Assembly (NCBI GenBank): GCA_013426755.1
Contig: AP019861.1
Location: 1,383,527 to 1,447,526, forward strand
Reading direction: 5' to 3'
DNA: 64,000 bases
Source of the DNA: Spirochaetota bacterium
GTDB taxonomy: Bacteria > Spirochaetota > UBA12135 > COTS27
Part shown: piece after piece, positions 58,225 to 64,000 of the stretch
How the letters are laid out: each line of letters starts with the position of its first letter
Position numbering within the stretch: the stretch's first letter is position 1
Translations under genes and position numbers: made by a program
Notes under the pieces: model-generated
The model's database searches: none
What the model was told of the DNA's origin: nothing
Seen by the model: the letters and a program-made list of their open reading frames with translations, nothing else

Positions 58225-58743
58225 TTGCTGCAAGCTCCTAGTGATATGAAGCAAAACCTAGAAGAAACTACCCTCCAATTCAAAGACCGGACGGATATTC
58301 AAGAAATAGAGGAAGGACACACTCTATCCCCCAAATTTGGAGCCGATGGACTCATTCCAGTCGTCACAACAGATTATACCACAGGTGAGGTCCTCATGCT
58401 TGGATATATGAACAGAGCAGCTCTCAAAAAGACCCTCCTCTTAAAAGAAGCCGTTTATTACAGCAGAAGTAGAAAAACACTCTGGCATAAAGGCAAAGAA
58501 AGCGGATTCATTCAAAAAGTTAAGGAAATTCGTATCGATGACGACCAAGATAGCCTCTGGCTCCGTGTAGCTTTAACAGGAGCTAGCTGTCACGTTGGAT
58601 ATCGGTCTTGCTTCTTCAGAAGTATTCCCATTGATCCACTTAACCTCACACCCAATAATCAAATCACCCTCAAATTTGAAGAAACTGAAAAAGTATTCGA
58701 CCCCACCACCGTTTACAAAACACCCAATCCCACACAAATTTAA
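58225..58743 (+). CDS. hisI: Phosphoribosyl-AMP cyclohydrolase (stand-alone HisI domain)
   Basis: GLIPVVTTDYTTGEVLMLGYMNRAALKKTL, YYSRSRKTLWHKGKESG, DDDQDSLWLRV, GASCHVGYRSCFF. The likely start is ATG 58246 rather than TTG 58225. Confidence 0.85.
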   Translation: MLQAPSDMKQNLEETTLQFKDRTDIQEIEEGHTLSPKFGADGLIPVVTTDYTTGEVLMLGYMNRAALKKTLLLKEAVYYSRSRKTLWHKGKESGFIQKVKEIRIDDDQDSLWLRVALTGASCHVGYRSCFFRSIPIDPLNLTPNNQITLKFEETEKVFDPTTVYKTPNPTQI

Positions 58744-58814
58744 TCACTTGATTTCTTTAATCAGTTTATCCTGCCTCACTTCCTCAAATACGTCTTATTC
58801 TCTTTTATATAAAA

Positions 58815-59225
58815 CCTCAATACCAACATCTTTGAAACAATCATTAAATTCAATCATCATTCTTATTATTCATTGTTATTTATTCACCACTTATTGTAAC
58901 TAAGTACACTGCAACTACGTGTATTCCAATATCTTTGAAGTAATCATTAAACTCAATCAGCATTCTTACCATTCATTGTTATTTATTCACCACTTATTGT
59001 AACTAAGTACACTGCAACTACGTGTATTCCAATATCTTTGAAGTAATCATTAAACTCAATCAACATTCTTATCATTCATTGTTATTTATTCACCACTTAT
59101 TGTAACTACGTATATTGCAACTACGTGTATTCCAATATCTTTGAAGTAATCATTAAACTCAATCAGCATTCTTACCATTCATTGTTATTTAATCGCTATC
59201 TATTACAACTGCATATCATTACTCT
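58815..59225. repeat. 103-bp tandem repeat x4 between hisI and folE2
   Basis: gtattccaatatctttgaagtaatcattaaactcaatca... recurs at 58921, 59024 and 59127, with a more divergent first copy at ~58818. Confidence 0.9.
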
Positions 59226-59263
59226 ACTGTCATAGTATCACTTTTCTGTCATAGCATCACTTT

Positions 59264-60244
59264 ATGAATAATTCTTTTACGCAAAAAATCGATCCCTCCC
59301 ATCCCGCACAAACAACACGTCCTGATAATATTACTCCCCGTTCAAAACCACTCCCTGATATTACCACGAACTCGCAAGCGAACCTCAATTATACCATTGA
59401 CCAAGTCGGCATGAGCGCCATGCAGATGATCGCACGAGTCAATACAAAAGATAATCAAACCCTAAACCTCCCAGCTAAAGTGGATGTCTACGTCAATTTA
59501 AACGACACCCACAGTAAAGGTATTCACATGTCACGCCTCTACGCTGTCATGTACCAATTTCTCAAAAATGAAACCCTTAACCCAGCCCTCCTAGAAAACG
59601 TTACAGACCAATTGATCCAATCGCAAAAAGGCATCAGCTCCTCCGCTTACGTCACCATAAAGTTTGATTATCCTATCGAACACCAATCCCTCCTCAGCCA
59701 GACACCAGGCTTACGCCATTATCCTATCACCATTTACCTTGAAAAACACCAGAACAAATCCTTCTTATTCAAACTTGGATGGACTTTAACCTATTCCAGC
59801 GCCTGTCCATGCTCAACTGCACTATCAGAGCAATTCATAAAAGACAATCTAAACCAAACCCTAGTAACCAATCCACAACAACCCCTCACTCTTGACTTCT
59901 TAACAAAACAAAACATCATTTCCGCTATTCCTCATTCGCAACGTAGTTATGCAGATATTCTGCTAAGTTTCGATACCATTCCCAAAGATTTTTCACTCGA
60001 AGAATTTATTCTTTCCAGTGAAGCTATCATCAAAACAGGCGTTCAAACTTCCGTCAAACGAAGTGACGAACAAGAATTCGCTCGCATTAATGCTGAAAAT
60101 CTCATGTTTTGTGAAGACGCTGTGCGGATTCTTAAAGATTTCTACCTCAAACAAACCATGATAAAACATTTCTCCATCAAAGTTTCCCATCATGAAAGTC
60201 TTCACCCTCATAATGCTGTTGCCATTGTATCCCAGCAAACCTAA
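59264..60244 (+). CDS. folE2: GTP cyclohydrolase FolE2 (GCYH-IB)
   Basis: KGIHMSRLY, SSACPCS, PHSQRS, HHESLHPHNAVA: the signature set I associate with the FolE2/MptA family. Confidence 0.8.
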   Translation: MNNSFTQKIDPSHPAQTTRPDNITPRSKPLPDITTNSQANLNYTIDQVGMSAMQMIARVNTKDNQTLNLPAKVDVYVNLNDTHSKGIHMSRLYAVMYQFLKNETLNPALLENVTDQLIQSQKGISSSAYVTIKFDYPIEHQSLLSQTPGLRHYPITIYLEKHQNKSFLFKLGWTLTYSSACPCSTALSEQFIKDNLNQTLVTNPQQPLTLDFLTKQNIISAIPHSQRSYADILLSFDTIPKDFSLEEFILSSEAIIKTGVQTSVKRSDEQEFARINAENLMFCEDAVRILKDFYLKQTMIKHFSIKVSHHESLHPHNAVAIVSQQT

Positions 60245-60313
60245 TTTCTCCATCAAAAATTCCCGTCACAAAAGCATTCACCCTCATAATCTTATTGCTA
60301 TCGTCTCATATTG
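60167..60313. repeat. Tandem duplication (~76-bp period) of the last ~25 codons of folE2, starting at its stop codon
   Basis: atttctccatcaaagtttcccatcatgaaagtcttcaccctcataatgctgttgcca (coding) is followed by atttctccatcaaaaattcccgtcacaaaagcattcaccctcataatcttattgcta (non-coding). Confidence 0.85.
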
Positions 60314-60716
60314 CTATCGGTCTCATAAGCAACTCTAAGCAGGCAATCAATGACCATCATTGAATAATTTATCCCTCATTTCAATATTCTGCTCATTTCA
60401 GTATCCTTATTCAATATCCTTATTCAATATCTTTATTTATTAACACTGCATCTTTCCTAACAACTATATCTTTCTTAACAACTTATCTTTCTCAACAACT
60501 CATAAGTCTTTCCTGTTTTTATAATATTCTTGCTAATTCATTGTACAATTATACATACGACTTCCGATCGTAGGCTCCGCCAGTAGTCCTAACTCGTTTC
60601 ATGTATTTAATAACTAGCATTTATCGCACATTTACACCCTAATTTCTCATTTACAACCTAATTAATTGTCTGGCTAAAATCACGTCCTTTGTTTGTGCTA
60701 ACTAACTATTATTTGA

Positions 60717-60850
60717 CTATTTCAATTTCACCATTTTAATTCGACCATCTCAATTTAACTATTTCAATCTGACTGTTTCAATTTCACTATTTCAATTTAA
60801 CTGTTTCAATTTCACCATTTCAATTTGATTATTTCAATTTGATTATTTTA
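60717..60850. repeat. 15-16-bp tandem repeat x~9 (ctatttcaatttcac type) upstream of the DedA-oxidoreductase gene
   Basis: Read directly: ctatttcaatttcacc, attttaattcgacc, atctcaatttaa, ctatttcaatctga, ctgtttcaatttca, ctatttcaatttaa, ctgtttcaatttcacc, atttcaatttgatt, atttcaatttgatt. Confidence 0.85.
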
Positions 60851-60875
60851 TTGATGATTTTCAAAGATTCTAATT

Positions 60876-63050
60876 ATGAGCAAAACTAGTAGAACTAAAA
60901 AAACGGTCAAAAATACACTTCGTTTAATTACATTCCTCCTAGGAATCGTTATTGCTATTATTTCCTACCGTTATAATATAGGCGATTATTTCACGATTGA
61001 AAACGCAAAACTCCAACAACAGAATCTCAAAGCTTTTTACCAACTTTACCCCGGACAGACCATTCTAATCTACGCTGGTATTTATATCCTCATCACCACC
61101 ATTTCCATTCCAGGGGCAACCGTTTTAACCTTACTAGGCGGAGCATTGTTTAATTTCTGGGTAGGTCTCATCGTCGTTTCATTTTGTAGCATTATCGGTG
61201 CCAGTCTAGCCTTCATCATTTCTCGTTTCATTGCCAAAGAAACCATTGAGCAGCGCTTCCCGACAATTATCAATAAAATCAATGACGGAATAAAAAAACA
61301 AGGCGCTTTTTATATTTTAACACTGCGTCTCGTCCCAATATTCCCCTTCTTCATTGTCAATATGGTCACCTCAGTCACCCAACTAAAGCTCTCTACATTC
61401 TTCTGGGCAAGCCAACTCGGTATGCTACCAGGCACCGCCGTCTACGTAAACGCAGGAAAACAACTCGCTTCCATTCAATCCGCCGCAGATATCTTATCAG
61501 CACCTATCATCGTTTCCTTTATTCTCATAGCCGCGTTTCCATTCGTTGTCAAAGGAGGACTCAGCTGGTTCAAAAACGCTAACCTTTACAGACGTTATAA
61601 AAAACCTGCCACATTTGATTACAACGTCGTCGTCATCGGCGCAGGATCAGGCGGATTGGTTGCCTCTTACATCGCAGCAGCCGCCAAAGCTAAAGTTGCC
61701 CTCATAGAAAAAGACAAAATGGGCGGTGATTGTCTTAATACAGGATGCGTTCCCTCCAAAGCCCTCATCAAAACCGCTTCACTAGTACATAACCTAGAAA
61801 AAGCAAAAAAAATTGGTCTCCTCTCCGTAAAACCCTACACCACCCATTTTTCTAACGCCATGAAACACGTCAAAGCCTCCATCAAAGCCATCGAACCCCA
61901 CGACTCCGTCAAACGCTACTCCTCATTAGGTGTAGAATGTTTTAAAGGCACCGCAAAAATCCGCTCCCCATGGGAAATCGCCATTGGTAACAAAATCATC
62001 ACCACTAAAAATATCATCATCAGTACAGGCGCCGCCCCATTCGTTCCACCGCTTAAAAACATTGAAAAAGTCAACTACCTCACCTCAGATACCGTCTGGA
62101 ACCTAAAAACTCTCCCCAAACGCCTCGTTGTGCTCGGCGGAGGACCCATCGGCTGCGAACTCGCTATGGCATTCAATCGCCTAGGTAGTGCCGTCACCCA
62201 AGTAGAAGTCAATTCACGTATCATGCGCGTCGAAGACCCAGAAGTATCCGATTTTCTAACCCAAAAATTTAAAAATGAAGGTATCAACATTCTCACAGGT
62301 CATCGCGCCATTGAATTTCAGGTCTCAGGCAAAACAAAATACCTCATCGCCCAATCCACTTCAGGTAAAAAAACTAAAATTCCTTTCGATGAAATCCTTA
62401 TTTCAATCGGACGCCGCCCCAATGCTAAAGGCTTCGGAGCCGAAGACTTAGGCATTGAACTCAGACCCAACGGTACTATTGCCGCTAACGAATTCATGCA
62501 GACCAACTACCCCAATATCTACGTCTGCGGCGATATCACAGGACCCTTCCAATTCACCCACACAGCAGGACATCAAGCCTATTACGCCGCTTTCAATGCT
62601 CTCTACGGAAAATTTAAAAAATTCAAAGTCGATTACAACGTTATTCCCTGGTGTACTTACACAGACCCAGAAATCGCTAGCGTCGGTCTAAACGAACAAC
62701 GCGCCCAAAGTCAAGGCACCGAGTACGATCTCACCACGTACGATCTAAAAGGACTTGACCGCGCCGTAACCGACCTCGCCAATGAAGGCTTCGTTCGTAT
62801 CTTAACACGTAAAGGCTCCGATAAAATCTTAGGCGTAACTATCGTTGCTGCTAACGCAAGCACACTCATTTTAGAATTTATTGCCGCCATGAAGAATAAC
62901 TTCGGTCTCAAGTCAATTCTTGCTACCATTCACATTTACCCGTCAATGGGTGAAGCCAATAAAGCCGCCGCTGGCATCTGGCGGAAGAAATCTATATCTC
63001 CATTCTGGCTCAATGTTTCTAAACGACTTCATGACTTTGCACGCCGCTAA
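60876..63050 (+). CDS. Fusion of a DedA/TVP38-TMEM64 membrane domain with an FAD-dependent pyridine nucleotide-disulfide oxidoreductase
   Basis: The N-terminal ~230 aa are polytopic membrane sequence (LRLVPIFPFFIVN). They are followed by GAGSGGLVASYIAA, the redox disulfide GGDCLNTGCVPSKALI, GGGPIGCELA, and a C-terminal dimerisation domain with HIYPSMGE. Confidence 0.85.
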   Translation: MSKTSRTKKTVKNTLRLITFLLGIVIAIISYRYNIGDYFTIENAKLQQQNLKAFYQLYPGQTILIYAGIYILITTISIPGATVLTLLGGALFNFWVGLIVVSFCSIIGASLAFIISRFIAKETIEQRFPTIINKINDGIKKQGAFYILTLRLVPIFPFFIVNMVTSVTQLKLSTFFWASQLGMLPGTAVYVNAGKQLASIQSAADILSAPIIVSFILIAAFPFVVKGGLSWFKNANLYRRYKKPATFDYNVVVIGAGSGGLVASYIAAAAKAKVALIEKDKMGGDCLNTGCVPSKALIKTASLVHNLEKAKKIGLLSVKPYTTHFSNAMKHVKASIKAIEPHDSVKRYSSLGVECFKGTAKIRSPWEIAIGNKIITTKNIIISTGAAPFVPPLKNIEKVNYLTSDTVWNLKTLPKRLVVLGGGPIGCELAMAFNRLGSAVTQVEVNSRIMRVEDPEVSDFLTQKFKNEGINILTGHRAIEFQVSGKTKYLIAQSTSGKKTKIPFDEILISIGRRPNAKGFGAEDLGIELRPNGTIAANEFMQTNYPNIYVCGDITGPFQFTHTAGHQAYYAAFNALYGKFKKFKVDYNVIPWCTYTDPEIASVGLNEQRAQSQGTEYDLTTYDLKGLDRAVTDLANEGFVRILTRKGSDKILGVTIVAANASTLILEFIAAMKNNFGLKSILATIHIYPSMGEANKAAAGIWRKKSISPFWLNVSKRLHDFARR

Positions 63051-63207
63051 ATAACTGCAGATTGGATAAACCGTAGCGCCCAAAATAGCATAAGACTAGA
63101 TAAGTAGGTGAGTAGATGAAACTCCTTTTTTATAACTGTAGAGACTTAGAACTAGATAAAGGTGCAGTAAATCTCAATTAGTAATGCTCTGACCTTGCAT
63201 TATCATA

Positions 63208-63603
63208 TTATAAATCCGCTTGGAAACGTCTTACCTGACTAAGTACCACTTCAAGTAACGCTCCTTTACTTCCTAAGTACGGCAATAACTTCACCGTGAG
63301 ATCAGGATAATTCGTACGCTCACGTTCAATAATCTCTGGAATATCCTTACTTACGTGACTCCCGCTTGCTAGAAAATAAGGATACACCCATAAAACACGC
63401 GCCCCCTTAAGACGCATGACCTTAGCTGCCTCCGATAAAGCCTCTGGAATAAGCGGTTCTGCCAATTCCAAAAAACCTACCCCAATATGGACAAACTCAC
63501 TCCCCATCTCTTTGCTAATAAGCTTAACAAACTCTGCAATCTCATCATTAGAAGCCTTAATACGACTTCCATGCGCCACTAATACTAAACTTGCTTTTTT
63601 CAT
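63208..63603 (-). CDS. cbiX: CbiX/SirB-type (small) sirohydrochlorin chelatase
   Basis: 131 aa with LVLVAHGSR, EPLIPEAL and YPYFLASGSHVSKDIPE. Confidence 0.7.
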   Translation of the reverse strand: MKKASLVLVAHGSRIKASNDEIAEFVKLISKEMGSEFVHIGVGFLELAEPLIPEALSEAAKVMRLKGARVLWVYPYFLASGSHVSKDIPEIIERERTNYPDLTVKLLPYLGSKGALLEVVLSQVRRFQADL

Positions 63604-63691
63604 AAAATCATACTTCTTATAAAATACATGCTCTACTCAAATATTCTCATAACACAACTACACTATTACTTCGTAGTAGTATAACGACATC

Positions 63692-64000
63692 TCAAGAATC
63701 ATACTTCTCATAAAAGATATGTTCTGCCGCAATGCCCTCATTACGCAAATACGTAGCAACTCCATTCACCATTGCTTGAAGGCCGCAGATATAGAACATT
63801 CGAGTACGGTAATGTTCAATATTGGACTCGAGAATCACATTGACACGGCCATGGACACCTAAGTATGCAGGACTCTTTGCAGCAGAAACCGCCGTTAAGA
63901 CTTGAAAATTGCTAAACCGTTCTTCATATTCTTTCCATAACTCCATATATAATAATTCTGTTTCAAACCGGACTCCCATAATAAGCGTTACTTTTCGCTT
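63692..64000 (-). CDS. Ferredoxin-NADP reductase-family oxidoreductase, C-terminal NAD(P)-binding part (5' end outside the window)
   Basis: The reading frame stays open to the window edge (KRKVTLIMGVRFETELLY...). MFYICGLQAMVNGVATYLRNEGIAAEHIFYEKY is a typical FNR-family C-terminus. Confidence 0.65.
   Translation of the reverse strand, partial: KRKVTLIMGVRFETELLYMELWKEYEERFSNFQVLTAVSAAKSPAYLGVHGRVNVILESNIEHYRTRMFYICGLQAMVNGVATYLRNEGIAAEHIFYEKYDS

Noticed and set aside
60876-63050. DedA/TVP38 membrane domain fused to an FAD-dependent disulfide oxidoreductase, as a possible novel fusion.
   Set aside because: I recall this architecture being widely annotated already as a bifunctional TVP38/TMEM64 family protein/FAD-dependent oxidoreductase. 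It is therefore not novel, although its function is still poorly understood.
3244-63060. CTGCAG (PstI site) seems frequent. I counted about 30 by eye, often at or near gene boundaries (e.g. 3805, 21839, 23568, 47834, 49076, 63055), against a rough composition-based expectation near 8.
   Set aside because: My count and expectation are hand estimates. Many sites lie in codons such as GCT-GCA-G and CTG-CAG. I cannot establish significance or positional bias without a proper k-mer analysis, so this is noted only as something to compute.
1-64000. A search for tRNA, rRNA, transposase, integrase or phage structural genes that could explain the accessory regions.
   Set aside because: I found no cloverleaf-like GTTCGAATC-type T-arm motifs, no rRNA-like stretches, and no ORF with DDE, tyrosine-recombinase or serine-recombinase signatures. 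This absence is based on visual inspection only.

Overview
This is a 64-kb chromosomal window from a low-GC bacterium with Gram-negative-type features: lipobox lipoproteins plus LspA, homodimer-type AceE, and GlnE. I cannot determine the taxon by eye; a host-associated proteobacterium is only a guess. My CDS calls sum to about 51.8 kb, or roughly 81% coding. I saw no rRNA, tRNA, CRISPR array, transposase or integrase.

Housekeeping genes:
- pepP
- a polar-amino-acid ABC transporter, split into an ATPase at 3.9-4.7 kb and two permeases at 23.5-25.3 kb
- glnE, bioC, bioD, bioF, maf
- speD-speE
- an RluA-family pseudouridine synthase
- lspA and an MscS-family channel
- aceE-aceF ... lpdA
- mutY, an EamA transporter, hisI, folE2
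- a DedA-FAD oxidoreductase fusion, cbiX, and a partial FNR-like reductase

Accessory content:
1. A ~19-kb region is dominated by five paralogous lipoproteins of 645-1152 aa with C-terminal GLUG-type VGGLVG repeats. Three of them form a head-to-tail tandem array of ~3.5-kb units (6.4-17 kb) with mosaic hypervariable patches.
2. A BglII-like type II restriction-modification pair sits at 21.9-23.3 kb.
3. A 3.2-kb insertion lies between aceF and lpdA. It carries a DNA methyltransferase-HNH fusion flanked by 28-bp direct repeats. It also carries a candidate toxin-antitoxin pair: a Panacea/DUF4065-like protein followed by an unknown two-TM protein, behind a near-consensus promoter bracketed by palindromes.

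A striking feature across the whole window is that almost every intergenic spacer is built from its own locus-specific tandem repeats. Several of these repeats are degenerate duplications of the adjacent gene's 5' or 3' end. Conserved enzymes (GlnE, BioD, BioC, MutY) carry large insertions, some encoded by in-frame microsatellites.

All calls come from reading the ORF track and the sequence by eye. Coordinates I counted by hand (repeats, motifs, alternative starts) may be off by 1-2 nt. No database search or statistics were run.
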